This document shows positions 30,096 through 40,572 of a DNA stretch of 61,002 nt, in pieces. Numbering within the stretch: the stretch's first letter is position 1; every line of letters begins with the position of its first letter. The notes beneath the pieces are model-generated. The model was not told where the DNA came from. It searched no databases and saw nothing but the letters and a program-made list of their open reading frames with translations. This DNA is from Casimicrobiaceae bacterium. GTDB lineage: Bacteria; Pseudomonadota; Gammaproteobacteria; Burkholderiales; Casimicrobiaceae. A program made the position numbers and the translations under genes. Where the stretch lies: NCBI GenBank assembly GCA_035996965.1, contig DASYJB010000011.1, forward strand, positions 1 to 61,002, read 5' to 3'.

Positions 30096-30893
30096 ATGAG
30101 CGAGCAGCGAACGCTTCTTTCCGCCGAGGATATCGGCAAGCGCTTCGGCGGCGTGCAGGCGCTGGCCGACGTCAGCTTCAGCATCCGATATGGAGAAATC
30201 TACGGCCTGATCGGACCGAACGGCGCCGGCAAGACCTCGTTGTTCAACGTCCTGACCGGCATCTATGTGCCGGACGGCGGCAGTTTCACCTTCGACGGTG
30301 CGCCGCTCAATCGCCTGAAGCCGAACGAAGTCGCCGAGCGCGGAATCGCGCGCACGTTCCAGAACATCCGCCTGTTCCAGAATCTGTCGGCGCTGGAGAA
30401 CGTGATGATAGGCCGGCATGTGCGCACCCACGCCGGCGTCTTCGGCGCGATCTTCCGCGACCGCGCGACCTTGGCCGAGGAGGCGGCGATCACCAACCGC
30501 GCCTACCAGTTGCTCGATTACGTCGGGGTCGCGACGCGGGCGAACGACTTGGCCAAGCATCTGGCCTATGGCGACCAGCGCCGGCTGGAGATCGCGCGTG
30601 CGCTGGCCACCGACCCGAAGCTCCTTGCGCTCGACGAGCCCGCCGCCGGCATGAATGCGACCGAAACGCAGGCGCTCAAGGGTCTGCTCGAGGATATCCG
30701 GCGCGACGGCACGACGATCCTTTTGATCGAGCACGACATGAAACTGGTGATGAGCGTCTGCGACCGCGTTCTGGTCCTCGACTATGGGCGAAAGATCGCG
30801 GAAGGGAGCGCCGCCGAAGTGCAGAACGACCCGAAGGTGATCGCGGCCTACCTCGGCGGCGAGGTCACGCTGCACGTCAAGGATGCCCACTGA
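30096..30893 (+). CDS. livG: branched-chain amino acid ABC transporter ATP-binding protein LivG
   Basis: Motifs are Walker A GPNGAGKTS, the signature region LAYGDQRRLEIARAL and Walker B LLALDEP. Confidence 0.93.
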   Translation: MSEQRTLLSAEDIGKRFGGVQALADVSFSIRYGEIYGLIGPNGAGKTSLFNVLTGIYVPDGGSFTFDGAPLNRLKPNEVAERGIARTFQNIRLFQNLSALENVMIGRHVRTHAGVFGAIFRDRATLAEEAAITNRAYQLLDYVGVATRANDLAKHLAYGDQRRLEIARALATDPKLLALDEPAAGMNATETQALKGLLEDIRRDGTTILLIEHDMKLVMSVCDRVLVLDYGRKIAEGSAAEVQNDPKVIAAYLGGEVTLHVKDAH

Positions 30894-31618
30894 TGGCCGC
30901 GGCGGCACTGCTCGAGCTCAACAGGCTGGAAGTAGCCTACGGCGGCATTCACGCGGTCAAGGGCATCGACATGATCGTGCGCCAGGGCGAGCTCGTCTGC
31001 CTGATTGGCGCCAATGGCGCAGGCAAGACGACGACGCTCAAGGGCATCACCGGGCTGCAGCCGGTCAAGGCGGGAAAGGTCGTCTACGACGGCAACGACG
31101 TCACCGGCAAGCCGGCGTTCCAGCTGGTGCGCAAAGGTCTGTCGATGGTTCCCGAGGGCCGCGGCGTGTTCGGCGCGCTGACGATCGAGGAAAACCTCGC
31201 GATGGGCGCGTACAGTCGCAGGGATAGGAGCGAAATCAAGCAGGACGTCGAACGGGTATTCGGCCTGTTTCCGCGCCTGAAGGAACGGCGCAAGCAGACG
31301 GCCGGAACGCTGTCCGGCGGTGAACAGCAGATGCTCGCGATGGGTCGCGCCATCATGTCGCGGCCGAAGCTCCTGCTGCTCGACGAGCCGTCGATGGGGC
31401 TCGCTCCGCTGATGGTGCAGAAAGTATTCGAGACGGTGCTGGCGATCTCCGGTGAGGGCGTGACGATTCTGCTGATCGAGCAGAACGCCAAGCTGGCGCT
31501 GGAGGTGAGCCATCGCGGCTACGTGATGGAAAGCGGCACGATCACGCTTTCCGGCGATGCGCGCCAGCTGCTGTCCGATCCGAAGGTGCGCGAAGCCTAT
31601 CTCGGCGAGTCGGTGTAG
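30893..31618 (+). CDS. livF: branched-chain amino acid ABC transporter ATP-binding protein LivF
   Basis: The ATG at 30893 overlaps the livG stop. Motifs are GANGAGKTT, LSGGEQQMLAMGRA and LLLLDEPS. Confidence 0.93.
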   Translation: MAAAALLELNRLEVAYGGIHAVKGIDMIVRQGELVCLIGANGAGKTTTLKGITGLQPVKAGKVVYDGNDVTGKPAFQLVRKGLSMVPEGRGVFGALTIEENLAMGAYSRRDRSEIKQDVERVFGLFPRLKERRKQTAGTLSGGEQQMLAMGRAIMSRPKLLLLDEPSMGLAPLMVQKVFETVLAISGEGVTILLIEQNAKLALEVSHRGYVMESGTITLSGDARQLLSDPKVREAYLGESV

Positions 31619-31682
31619 CGGGCCGGCCGACGACGACGCGCGGCGCAAATCCGCGCCGTGGCGAGACAGACGGCCCCGTCGC

Positions 31683-31970
31683 TTACAGCGTGGCGACGAT
31701 CTCGAATGCGCCGGCGGTTGCGATCGCCTCCTCGACATCGACCGAAGAGACCCGCGCGGCCGGCGGCCCGACTCGCGCCCACGCGATCACCGCCTCGACC
31801 GCCGGCGCGGGGCCGCTGACCAGCGCCTCGACGCGGCCATCGCGCCGATTGCGTACCCATCCGCCCAGCCCGTGCATGCGGGCTTCGTCGGCGAAGGCAT
31901 AGCGAAATCCGACGCCTTGCACGCGCCCGGCGATGACCAGGCGGCGCGCGATCGGCTCTGCAACGCTCAT
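31683..31970 (-). CDS. acyP: acylphosphatase
   Basis: The product is 95 aa with the motif VIAGRVQGVGFRY...GWVRNRRDGRVE. Its start overlaps the nudF stop by ATGA. Confidence 0.9.
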   Translation of the reverse strand: MSVAEPIARRLVIAGRVQGVGFRYAFADEARMHGLGGWVRNRRDGRVEALVSGPAPAVEAVIAWARVGPPAARVSSVDVEEAIATAGAFEIVATL

Positions 31971-32536
31971 GCCTTATGCGGCGCGGCGATTCCACGCGCC
32001 AGCAGCAACAGGCCCAGCATCGTCTTGGCGTCGGTGACCTCGCCGCGATCGAGCCAGCTGAGCGCATCGTCCAGCGTCGCGGTAAAGGTCTCGACGAACT
32101 CGCCGGCATCGAGGCGAGCACCTACATAGGCGAGCTCATCGGCAGCATAGATCGCGATGTACTCGGTCGAGTAAGTGATCAACGGATGCATCGTCGCGAC
32201 ATACGACCAGCTCGCGGCGGTGTACCCGGTCTCTTCCAGCAGCTCGCGCTTGGCCGTCGCCAGCGGATCTTCGCCGGAGTCGATCTTGCCGGCGGGAAAC
32301 TCGATGAACACGCGCTGGTTCGGATAGCGGAATTGCCGCTCGAAGAGCAGTTTGCCGTCGGGCAGACGCGGCATGATCATCACCGCCCCCGGATGCACGA
32401 TGTATTCGCGCGTCGCCTCGGTTCCGTCGGGAAGGCGCACGGTGTCGCGCTTTACGTGCAGCAGCCGGCCGCGGAAGACGTCCTCGGAATCGAGACCGAT
32501 CTCGCGCAGCCCCGGATGTTCGTCGTCGCCGATCAT
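31967..32536 (-). CDS. nudF: NUDIX hydrolase (ADP-ribose pyrophosphatase-like)
   Basis: The start is the internal ATG at 32534-32536 (ATGA overlap with the hemF stop). The Nudix box is [23 protein letters not shown]. Confidence 0.85.
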   Translation of the reverse strand: MIGDDEHPGLREIGLDSEDVFRGRLLHVKRDTVRLPDGTEATREYIVHPGAVMIMPRLPDGKLLFERQFRYPNQRVFIEFPAGKIDSGEDPLATAKRELLEETGYTAASWSYVATMHPLITYSTEYIAIYAADELAYVGARLDAGEFVETFTATLDDALSWLDRGEVTDAKTMLGLLLLARGIAAPHKA

Positions 32537-33444
32537 CGCGGTGTCTCGCCCAGCCAGTCTCGAGCGACGAGAAAGTCGGTATACAGCTTTGCTTCGGCGC
32601 TGCCCGGCTCGGGGTGCCAGTCGTATCGCCAGCTGACCACCGGCGGCAGCGACATCAGAATCGCCTCGGTGCGCCCATTCGACTGCAATCCGAACAGCGT
32701 GCCGCGATCGTAGACAAGGTTGAACTCGACATAGCGACCGCGGCGATAAGTCTGGAATTCCCGCTCGCGCTCGCCGTACGCCAGGTCCCTGCGCCTCAGC
32801 AGAATCGGCTCGTAGGCGCCTAGGAAGCCGTCGCCGACGCTGCGAGTCAGCGCGAAACTGTGGGCAAAGTCCCGTTCGTTGAAGTCGTCGAAAAAGATGC
32901 CGCCGACGCCGCGCGGCTCGTTGCGATGCCGGATCACGAAATAGTCGTCGCACCAGCGCTTGAAGCGCGGATAGTAGTCGCCGCCGAACGGCACCAGCGC
33001 ATCGCGGCAGCAGCGGTGGAAATGCACGGCATCCTCTTCGTAGCCGTAATAGGGCGTCAGGTCCATCCCGCCGCCGAACCACCAGATCGCATCGGCCCCT
33101 GCTTTTCTGGCGACGAACAGGCGCAGGTTCATATGCACGGTCGGAGCGTGTGGATTGGCCGGATGCAGCACCAGCGAGATGCCCATCCCTTCGAACGCGC
33201 ATCCGGCGAGCTGCGGCCGGGCGGCGCTCGCCGACGGCGGCAGGCGCTCGCCGACGACTCGCGAGTAGTTGACGCCGGCGCGCTCGAAGACGCGGCCGCG
33301 CTCGATGATCCGGCTGACGCCGCCCCCGCCTTCCGCCCGCTGCCAAGAGTCGCGCCCGAACATCGTGCCGTCGATCGCCTCCAGCCGGCCGACGATGCGA
33401 TCTTGCAGCCCGGTGAAGTATTCGGCGGCGCTCTCGATGTCCAT
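32533..33444 (-). CDS. hemF: oxygen-dependent coproporphyrinogen III oxidase
   Basis: The product is 303 aa with the motif [31 protein letters not shown]. Confidence 0.95.
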   Translation of the reverse strand: MDIESAAEYFTGLQDRIVGRLEAIDGTMFGRDSWQRAEGGGGVSRIIERGRVFERAGVNYSRVVGERLPPSASAARPQLAGCAFEGMGISLVLHPANPHAPTVHMNLRLFVARKAGADAIWWFGGGMDLTPYYGYEEDAVHFHRCCRDALVPFGGDYYPRFKRWCDDYFVIRHRNEPRGVGGIFFDDFNERDFAHSFALTRSVGDGFLGAYEPILLRRRDLAYGEREREFQTYRRGRYVEFNLVYDRGTLFGLQSNGRTEAILMSLPPVVSWRYDWHPEPGSAEAKLYTDFLVARDWLGETPR

Positions 33445-33474
33445 CGTGACGATGCCAGGTTGGCGCGCCCGGCC

Positions 33475-34764
33475 CTAGCCGCGGCGCGCGACCAGCGCGC
33501 GGTGCCCGATGTCGCTGCGATACTGCATGCCGTCGAAATGAATGCGGGCGACGGCGGAGTACGCGTTGCGCTGGGCCTGCCGCACGGCGTCCCCCAGCGC
33601 GGTGACGCAAAGCACGCGCCCGCCGCTGGTCACGACCTTGCCGTCGACAACCGACGTGGCTGCGTGAAACACCTTGCACTCGTCGTTCGCCTGGTCGAGA
33701 CCGGAGATGACGTCGCCGCGGCGCGGGTCGTCGGGGTAACCGGCGGCGGCGAGAACGACCCCGAGCGCGACCCGGCGGTCCCACTCCGCGTCGATCCGGT
33801 CGAGCGTGCCGTTGATCCCGTGCTCGAAGAGATCGACCAGGTCCGATTTGAGCCGCATCATGATCGGCTGGGTTTCCGGGTCGCCCAATCGGCAATTGAA
33901 TTCGAGCGTCGCCGGATTGCCGGCGGCATCGATCATCACGCCGGCGTAGAGGAATCCGGTGTACGGTATGCCGTCGGCAGCCATGCCGTTGACCGCCGGC
34001 AGAATGATCTCGCGCATGATCCGCGCGTGCACCTCGGGCGTCACGACCGGCGCCGGCGAGTACGCGCCCATGCCCCCGGTATTCGGTCCGCGATCGCCGT
34101 CGGACAGGCGCTTGTGATCCTGCGACGAGGCAAGCGCCAGCACGTGCTTGCCGTCGGCCATCACGATGAAGCTCGCCTCCTCGCCTTCGAGCAAATCCTC
34201 GATGACGACGCGCGCTCCGCCTGCCGTGTGCTGGACCGCGATGGCGTGCTCGACCAGCATCGCATCGACCGCCGCATGCGCCTCGTCCGCGGTCGCGGCC
34301 ACGACGACACCTTTCCCCGCAGCCAGCCCGTCCGCCTTGACGACGATGGGCGCGCCGTGCGCGTCGATGTAGGCATGCGCATCCGACGGATTGTCGAACG
34401 TGCGATGCCGTGCGGTCGGAATGCGGTGACGGACCATGAAGTCCTTGGCGAAGTCCTTCGAGCTTTCCAGTTGCGCCGCCGCCTGCGTGGGCCCGAATAT
34501 CTTCAGCCTCGCGGCGCGAAAAGCATCGACGAGGCCCGCAGCGAGCGGCGCTTCCGGTCCGACGACCGACAGCGCGATGGACTCGCGCCGCGCGAATTCG
34601 ACCAGGTCCGGGATCTCCTGCTGCGCAATATTGATGACGCCGGGCTCGCGGCTGGTTCCGGCATTGCCGGGCGCGACAAAGACTTGCGAGACGCGTTGCG
34701 ACTGCGCGATCTTCCAGGCCAGCGCGTGCTCGCGGCCGCCGCCGCCGATGACCAGCAGCTTCAT
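33475..34764 (-). CDS. purD: phosphoribosylamine-glycine ligase
   Basis: The product is 429 aa with an ATP-grasp core. The N-terminus is MKLLVIGGGGREHALAWK. Confidence 0.95.
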   Translation of the reverse strand: MKLLVIGGGGREHALAWKIAQSQRVSQVFVAPGNAGTSREPGVINIAQQEIPDLVEFARRESIALSVVGPEAPLAAGLVDAFRAARLKIFGPTQAAAQLESSKDFAKDFMVRHRIPTARHRTFDNPSDAHAYIDAHGAPIVVKADGLAAGKGVVVAATADEAHAAVDAMLVEHAIAVQHTAGGARVVIEDLLEGEEASFIVMADGKHVLALASSQDHKRLSDGDRGPNTGGMGAYSPAPVVTPEVHARIMREIILPAVNGMAADGIPYTGFLYAGVMIDAAGNPATLEFNCRLGDPETQPIMMRLKSDLVDLFEHGINGTLDRIDAEWDRRVALGVVLAAAGYPDDPRRGDVISGLDQANDECKVFHAATSVVDGKVVTSGGRVLCVTALGDAVRQAQRNAYSAVARIHFDGMQYRSDIGHRALVARRG

Positions 34765-34818
34765 CGCGCCAACGCCGGCCGCGCCACCATCGCGATGCGC
34801 ATCGCTGGATTCGAGCGG

Positions 34819-36387
34819 CTAATGGCGAAAATGGCGGATGCCGGTAAAAACCATCGCGATGCCGCGCTCGTCGGCCGCTGCGATCACTTCCGCGTCGCGC
34901 ACGCTGCCGCCCGGCTGGATGACCGCGATCGCCCCGTTGTCGGCGACCACGTCGAGGCCGTCGCGAAACGGGAAAAACGCATCCGACGCGACCACCGATC
35001 CGGCGAGCGACAGGCCGGCGTTGGCCGCCTTGACCGCGGCGATGCGTGTCGAATCGACCCGGCTCATCTGTCCGGCGCCGATTCCGAGCGTCGCACCGCC
35101 GGCGCAGTAGACGATGGCGTTGGACTTGACGAACCGGGCGACGCGCCAGGCGAAGAGCAGGTCGGTCAGTTGCGCGGCGGTCGGTGCCTTTTTGGTGACG
35201 ACCTTGAGCTCGCCCGCCGCCAGGTTATCGACGTCCGGCGTCTGGATCAGCATGCCGCCGCCGACCCGCTTCGAGTCCCAGCTGCGCTGCGGAACCATCG
35301 CCAGCGCAAGCTTGAGCACGCGTACATTGGCCTTTTTCGCGTTGCGCTCGAGCGCCTCGGCCGCGAACGAAGGGGCGATCAGCACTTCGACGAATTGCGC
35401 GCCGACCGCATCGGCAGTCTCGCCGTCGACCTCCCGGTTGAACGCGATAATGCCGCCGAAGGCCGAGGTCGGGTCGGTCGCAAGCGCCTTCCGGTAGGCC
35501 TGCAGCGGCGTCGGCGCCACCGCGACGCCGCAGGGATTGGCATGCTTGACGATCACGCAGGCGGTCTCGCCGAAGGTCTTGACGCATTCCCAGGCGGCGT
35601 CGCTGTCGGCGATGTTGTTGTACGAGAGTTCCTTGCCCTGCAATTGGCGAGCGGCGGCGATCGTTCCTCCCGCGGGCGTCTCGTCACGGTAAAACGCAGC
35701 CTGCTGGTGTGGATTTTCGCCGTAGCGCAGGTCCTGCAGCTTCGCACCCTGCCAGTTGAAGCGATCGGGAAAGGCGCGCGCCGCGCCCGTTTCGTCGCGC
35801 GCGGTCAGGTAGTTGCTGATCGCGCCGTCGTAGGCGGCGGTATGCGAAAACGCCTTTTGCGCCAGCCGAAATCGCGTCGCGGCGGAGAGCTCTCCGCCGT
35901 TGGCCTTCAACTCCGCAAGCAACGCATCGTAGTCACCCGGATCGACGACGACGCCGACGCCGGCATGGTTTTTCGCCGCTGCCCGGACCAGCGTCGGGCC
36001 GCCGATATCGATGTTCTCGATCGCCTCGTCGAGCGTGCAGCCGGCCTTGGCGACCGTCTCTCGGAATGGATACAGATTGACGACGACCAGATCGATCGGG
36101 GGAATCCCGTGCGCGGCGAGTGTTGCGGCGTGTTCGCTCGAATCGCGCCTGGCGAGGATTCCGGCATGCACTTTCGGATGCAGTGTCTTGACCCGCCCGT
36201 CGAGCATTTCCGGAAAGCCGGTGTAGGCATCGATCTCGGTCACCTTGAGTCCTGCGGCGGCGAGCGCCTTGGCCGTGCCTCCGGTCGAGAGCAGCGCGAC
36301 GCTCAAGCTTGCGAGGCCCCGTGCAAATTCGACGAGGCCTGTCTTGTCGGAGACCGAAAGCAGCGCCCGGGCGATCGGCGTGTTCAT
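34819..36387 (-). CDS. purH: bifunctional AICAR transformylase / IMP cyclohydrolase
   Basis: The start is the internal ATG at 36385-36387 ([22 protein letters not shown]...). The C-terminus is FTGIRHFRH. The product is 522 aa. Confidence 0.95.
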   Translation of the reverse strand: MNTPIARALLSVSDKTGLVEFARGLASLSVALLSTGGTAKALAAAGLKVTEIDAYTGFPEMLDGRVKTLHPKVHAGILARRDSSEHAATLAAHGIPPIDLVVVNLYPFRETVAKAGCTLDEAIENIDIGGPTLVRAAAKNHAGVGVVVDPGDYDALLAELKANGGELSAATRFRLAQKAFSHTAAYDGAISNYLTARDETGAARAFPDRFNWQGAKLQDLRYGENPHQQAAFYRDETPAGGTIAAARQLQGKELSYNNIADSDAAWECVKTFGETACVIVKHANPCGVAVAPTPLQAYRKALATDPTSAFGGIIAFNREVDGETADAVGAQFVEVLIAPSFAAEALERNAKKANVRVLKLALAMVPQRSWDSKRVGGGMLIQTPDVDNLAAGELKVVTKKAPTAAQLTDLLFAWRVARFVKSNAIVYCAGGATLGIGAGQMSRVDSTRIAAVKAANAGLSLAGSVVASDAFFPFRDGLDVVADNGAIAVIQPGGSVRDAEVIAAADERGIAMVFTGIRHFRH

Positions 36388-36478
36388 GGCGAGCGGCGGA
36401 CCGGTGGAGTGGGCGCGACACGCGCGCCGCGCAGCAGCAACGGGCCCGGCGCCGTCTTCAGCACGCGAGAACCGGACC

Positions 36479-36715
36479 CTACCGTATATTGTACTTCGAG
36501 AGCTTCGAGCGGAGCGTGTTGCGATTGAGCCCCAGCATGTCGGCTGCCTGCGTCTGGTTGCCGCCGGCGCGATGCATGACCGAGGCCAGCAGCGAACGCT
36601 CGACATTCGCGATCACCATGTCGTAGATGCTGTGAGGCTGTTCGCCGTCGAGCTTGCGAAAATACTCTTCGAGCGATTTTTCGACGCTGCGGCAAATCTC
36701 GTTGCCGCCGTTCAT
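36479..36715 (-). CDS. fis: Fis family nucleoid-associated DNA-binding protein
   Basis: The product is 78 aa. The C-terminal HTH is [24 protein letters not shown]. It lies directly downstream of dusB, as in the conserved dusB-fis operon. Confidence 0.92.
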   Translation of the reverse strand: MNGGNEICRSVEKSLEEYFRKLDGEQPHSIYDMVIANVERSLLASVMHRAGGNQTQAADMLGLNRNTLRSKLSKYNIR

Positions 36716-36729
36716 GCGAATGGTTCGTT

Positions 36730-37770
36730 TCACGCTGCGAGGGCCTCCTCCACCCACGAAGCTTCTATCCGCGCCTCTGCCGCATAGACGAGGCGTTCCC
36801 CAATGGCCGCAAGCCGGCCGAAATACCGGTCGACGGCGGCGACCTGATCTGCCGGGCTTTCCAGCCGGTTTATCTGAGCGCGGAACGCATCGCCGCCGGC
36901 GAGCTTGCTTGTATACCAGCCGAGATGCTTGCGCGCAATGCGCGCACCGTCGCCCTCGCCGTAGAACGCGTAGTGGTCGGCAAGGTGCTCGATGATCAGC
37001 CGATGCATTTCGTCGACCCGCGGCGGCGGCAATCGCTCGCCGGTCGCGAGGAAATGACCGATCTCGCGGAAGATCCACGGCCGGCCCTGCGCCGCCCGCC
37101 CGATCATGATCGCGTCGGCGCCGGTGCAGGCCAGGACCTCGCGCGCCTTCTCCGGTGTATCGATATCGCCGTTGGCGATCACCGGTATGCTGACCTCGCG
37201 CTTGATCGAACGGATCGTCTCGTACTCGACCGGCCCGACAAACGCGCATTCGCGCGTCCGGCCGTGGACCGACAGCGCGGCGATGCCAGCGTCCTCGGCG
37301 ATCCGGGCAATGCGGACCGCGTTCCTGTTCTGCCGGTTCCAGCCGGTGCGTATCTTGAGCGTCACCGGGACCGTCACCGCGGCCACGACGGCGGCGACGA
37401 TCGCAGCGACCAGCGGCTCGTCCTGCAGCAGCGCCGAGCCGGCCGCGACATTGCATACCTTTTTTGCCGGGCAGCCCATATTGATGTCGATAATCTGCGC
37501 GCCGCGCTCGACGTTGTAGCGGGCGGCGTCGGCCATCATCGCCGGATCGGCACCGGCGATCTGCACGACGATGGGCTCCACTTCGCCGCGGTGGTCGGTG
37601 CGACGCAGCGACTTCGCCGTGTTCCACAGCCTGGGATTCGAGGCGACCATTTCGGACACCGCGAGGCCCGCGCCCAGGCGCTTGCACAGCTGGCGAAAGG
37701 GCCGGTCGGTGACGCCCGCCATCGGCGCGACGACCAAGGGAATCGAAATGTGATGCGGGCCGATCTTCAC
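36730..37770 (-). CDS. dusB: tRNA-dihydrouridine synthase B
   Basis: The start is GTG. The N-terminus MKIGPHHISIPLVVAPMAGVTDRPFRQLC matches the DusB N-terminus pattern. The product is 346 aa. Confidence 0.93.
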   Translation of the reverse strand: MKIGPHHISIPLVVAPMAGVTDRPFRQLCKRLGAGLAVSEMVASNPRLWNTAKSLRRTDHRGEVEPIVVQIAGADPAMMADAARYNVERGAQIIDINMGCPAKKVCNVAAGSALLQDEPLVAAIVAAVVAAVTVPVTLKIRTGWNRQNRNAVRIARIAEDAGIAALSVHGRTRECAFVGPVEYETIRSIKREVSIPVIANGDIDTPEKAREVLACTGADAIMIGRAAQGRPWIFREIGHFLATGERLPPPRVDEMHRLIIEHLADHYAFYGEGDGARIARKHLGWYTSKLAGGDAFRAQINRLESPADQVAAVDRYFGRLAAIGERLVYAAEARIEASWVEEALAA

Positions 37771-37805
37771 TGGAAATAGTTGCTGGATGCTGCGGCGGGG
37801 AACGG

Positions 37806-37834
37806 ATTATACCGAGTTTGGCGCGCGATCGTCA
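37806..37834 (-). promoter_or_regulatory. candidate sigma70 promoter for dusB-fis (TGACGA-17-TATAAT, read on the - strand) with an A/T-rich UP-like tract
   Basis: A perfect TATAAT lies on the - strand (the + strand reads attata at 37806-11). An A/T run at 37841-37850 lies just upstream of the -35. Confidence 0.4.
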
Positions 37835-37942
37835 CCGCCAAAAAATTATTGCTGGAGTGCCGAGTGATAAGCGCACTTCGGTCGTCGCGCCGTTCGCCGC
37901 GCGGGAACCATTCTTGCTTGATGTCGGGCGTTTGTTTTCGCT

Positions 37943-39103
37943 TCAGTGCAATCCGTACAGCATTGCGTGCGTGAAAATTCGCTTCAGCGGCGGCAGCGCA
38001 TCGAGCAGAGTAAGCGCCAACCCGCGCGGCCAGCGAAGCAGCGCGGCATCGCTGCCGAATACTCCGAGTAAACCGTGCGTCAATGCAATGCCGGACCAGC
38101 GGTCGGCGAGTCGGCGTCGCGCGTACACGGACAGACTGGTGGTCGCGCCGAGTCGATCGCGGGGCGTCGCCAGCAACACCTGCGCCAGTTCGTACGCGTC
38201 GCGCACGCCCAGGTTGAAACCCTGGCCGGCAACCGGATGCAGCGCCTGCGCGGCGTTGCCCAGGAGAACCGTGCGTGCGCCGACGACGGTGCCGGCGAAC
38301 TCGAGCGAAAGTGGAAACGTACGCCGATCCTCGCTTTTCAGAAAGCCGCCGACGCGCGCGCCGAACCGGGTCGCGAGCGCGGCGAGGAACTCGCTTTCCG
38401 GCATCGCCGCAAGCAATCTGCCCTGCGCCGGCGTCGTCGTCCATACCAGCCCGTAATGATCGCCTTCCGGCAGCAAGGCCATCGGGCCCTCGGGAGTAAA
38501 GCGCTCGTACGCCACCCCGCGGTGCGGCTCGTTCCTCCAGAGCTTCGCAACCAGCGCAACCTGCTTGTAATCGTGTCGATGGCGGACATTGCCGGCGACG
38601 ATATCGCCGCCGCCATCGGCGACGGCGGCCAATCGCGCCGTCCATTCGCAGGCGGCGCCTTCGCGCTCGCCGCGGATGCGTGCGTACGCTGGCGTCGCGT
38701 CGACCTTGCTGACAGTGACGCCGTGATCTACGGCCAAGCCGGCGCGGGCGAGCCCCGCATCGAGCGCCGCCTGCAACGCCCGATAGCTGACAACGTAGCC
38801 GAGCGCGGGCACGCCGTGCTCGTGCGCATCCAGGCGCGCTGCGCCGAAACCGCCGCGCTGCGACACGTCGATGGCGGTAATTGCCGTCACCGCGCCCGCG
38901 GCGCCCGCGACGGCGCTCCAGACGCCGAGGCGATCGAAAATCAGCCGCGCGCCGTGCGACAACGCCAGCGAACGATCGCCGGACGCCAAGGTGTCGCGCG
39001 CACGCGCGTCCAGGCTGACCACGTCGAGATCGCCGCCGGCGAGCGCAAGCGCCAGCGTCGCGCCGACCGGACCCGCGCCGACGATGACGACGTCGTTCAA
39101 CAC
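37943..39103 (-). CDS. ubiH: UbiH/UbiF/VisC/COQ6-family FAD-dependent ubiquinone biosynthesis hydroxylase
   Basis: The start is GTG. The FAD fingerprint is VVIVGAGPVGATLALAL. The position downstream of pepP matches the E. coli pepP-ubiH arrangement. Which paralogue this is remains uncertain. Confidence 0.85.
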   Translation of the reverse strand: MLNDVVIVGAGPVGATLALALAGGDLDVVSLDARARDTLASGDRSLALSHGARLIFDRLGVWSAVAGAAGAVTAITAIDVSQRGGFGAARLDAHEHGVPALGYVVSYRALQAALDAGLARAGLAVDHGVTVSKVDATPAYARIRGEREGAACEWTARLAAVADGGGDIVAGNVRHRHDYKQVALVAKLWRNEPHRGVAYERFTPEGPMALLPEGDHYGLVWTTTPAQGRLLAAMPESEFLAALATRFGARVGGFLKSEDRRTFPLSLEFAGTVVGARTVLLGNAAQALHPVAGQGFNLGVRDAYELAQVLLATPRDRLGATTSLSVYARRRLADRWSGIALTHGLLGVFGSDAALLRWPRGLALTLLDALPPLKRIFTHAMLYGLH

Positions 39104-39162
39104 GCTTGAAGTGCCTCGCCGAAAACGTCTGAAGTCACGGACAGATCGGCGGCGATCCGCCG

Positions 39163-40488
39163 TCAGTGCTGCATCAGCGCTTCGATGTCGGCGACGGTCT
39201 TCGGCGCCGCCGCGGTCAGGTTTTCATTGGCCGTGGCGCTGACCAGCACGTCGTCCTCGATGCGCACGCCGATATCCCAGAATTCCTCGGGCACCTTGTC
39301 GCCGGGCCGGATATAGCATCCCGGCTCGACGGTAAGCAGCATGCCCGGCTCGAGCAGGCGCGACTCGCCGTTGACGCGATACAGGCCGACGTCGTGCACG
39401 TCGAGGCCGAGCCAGTGGCCGGCGCGATGCATGTAGAACTGCTTGTATGCACCGGATTCGAGCACCGCATCGAGCGAGCCCTCGCAAAGCTTCAGATCGA
39501 TCAGGCCCTGCGCCAGCACGCGCTCGGCGACCTCGTGGTAGGCATGAAACGGGCGCCCCGGCGCTACTGCGTCGATGCAGGCGAGTTGCGCGGCCAGGAC
39601 CAGCTCGTAGACATCCTTCTGCGGACCGCTGAACCTGCCGCCGACCGGAAAGGTGCGCGTGACGTCCGACGCATAACCCTCGTACTCGCAGCCGGCGTCG
39701 ATCAGCAGCAGATCGCCGGATTGCATCTGCCGGTTGTTATCGCGGTAGTGCAGGACGCAGGCGTTCGGCCCGGATGCGACGATCGACGGGTACGCGACCG
39801 CCTGCGCGCCCGAGCGGAGGAACTCGTGCATCAGTTCGGCCTCGACCTGATACTCATACCAGTCGGCGCGCGTGCGGGCCATCGCCCGACGATGGGCTCC
39901 GCAGGAAATCTCGGCGGCCCGGCGCATCAGCTTCAGCTCCTGCTCGTCCTTGGTCAGGCGCATCGCCGAAAGCGCCGCGCGCACGTCGACGACCACTTCC
40001 GGCGCGGCGACGCCGGTGCGCACCCGACTGCGGACTTCATTCAAGGTCGTGGTGATCAGGTCGTCCCACGCCGGATAGCCGCCGATCGGCGTGAACACGG
40101 CGGGCCGATCGCCGCTCCAGTCGGTGAGTCTCGTCTGCAGCTCGCCGATCGAATACGCCTCGTCGAAGCCGAAAATCTCACGCGCGGCGTCGGGGCCGTA
40201 GCGAAAGCCGTCCCAGATCTCACGCTCGGGATTTTTGTCCCGGCACAGCAAGATCTGCTTGGAATCGCCTTCGTCCGCTCCGGCGAGCAGCACGACGACG
40301 GCTTCGGCTTCGGGAAATCCGCAAAGGTAATAGAAATGGCTGTCCGGCCGGTACGGATAGTGGGTGTCGGCGTTGCGGATCGCTTCGGGCGCCGTCGGGA
40401 TCGCGGCGATCCCGCCACCGCTCTGGCGACGCATGTCGGCAATCAATCGCGCGCGGCGCGCACGGTGGTGCTGGTGACTGTGGTTCAT
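39163..40488 (-). CDS. pepP: Xaa-Pro aminopeptidase
   Basis: The start is the internal ATG at 40486-40488, giving 441 aa. Motifs are HYPYRPDSHFYYLCGF, DAGCEYEGYASDVTRTFP, HRAGHWLGLDVHD and LTVEPGCY. Confidence 0.93.
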   Translation of the reverse strand: MNHSHQHHRARRARLIADMRRQSGGGIAAIPTAPEAIRNADTHYPYRPDSHFYYLCGFPEAEAVVVLLAGADEGDSKQILLCRDKNPEREIWDGFRYGPDAAREIFGFDEAYSIGELQTRLTDWSGDRPAVFTPIGGYPAWDDLITTTLNEVRSRVRTGVAAPEVVVDVRAALSAMRLTKDEQELKLMRRAAEISCGAHRRAMARTRADWYEYQVEAELMHEFLRSGAQAVAYPSIVASGPNACVLHYRDNNRQMQSGDLLLIDAGCEYEGYASDVTRTFPVGGRFSGPQKDVYELVLAAQLACIDAVAPGRPFHAYHEVAERVLAQGLIDLKLCEGSLDAVLESGAYKQFYMHRAGHWLGLDVHDVGLYRVNGESRLLEPGMLLTVEPGCYIRPGDKVPEEFWDIGVRIEDDVLVSATANENLTAAAPKTVADIEALMQH

Positions 40489-40572
40489 CGTTGGATTGCG
40501 TGGCGCGGCGGGGCAAGGCGCCATTATAGGCGCACCGCGCCCCGCTCGCCGAGCATGCGGTAACATCGGTTC

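Noticed and set aside
36388-36478. ZTP (pfl) riboswitch upstream of purH
   Set aside because: The 91-nt fis-purH spacer lacks the conserved GGGUCGUGACUGGCG / CCGGGCGCCUGGGC-type elements. It shows only a generic GC hairpin (GGCGCG-cgtgt-CGCGCC).
32860-36528. A 1222-aa ORF on the + strand spanning hemF, purD and purH
   Set aside because: It is antisense to three well-supported genes. Its composition is Arg/Ala/Gly/Asp-rich with no motifs. This is a classic high-GC shadow frame.
40489-40572. 6S RNA (ssrS), expected upstream of the 5-formyl-THF cyclo-ligase gene as in E. coli (zapA-ssrS-ygfA next to pepP-ubiH)
   Set aside because: The pepP-ygfA spacer is only 84 nt, too short for a 6S RNA of about 180 nt. 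No long closing helix with a central bubble is visible.
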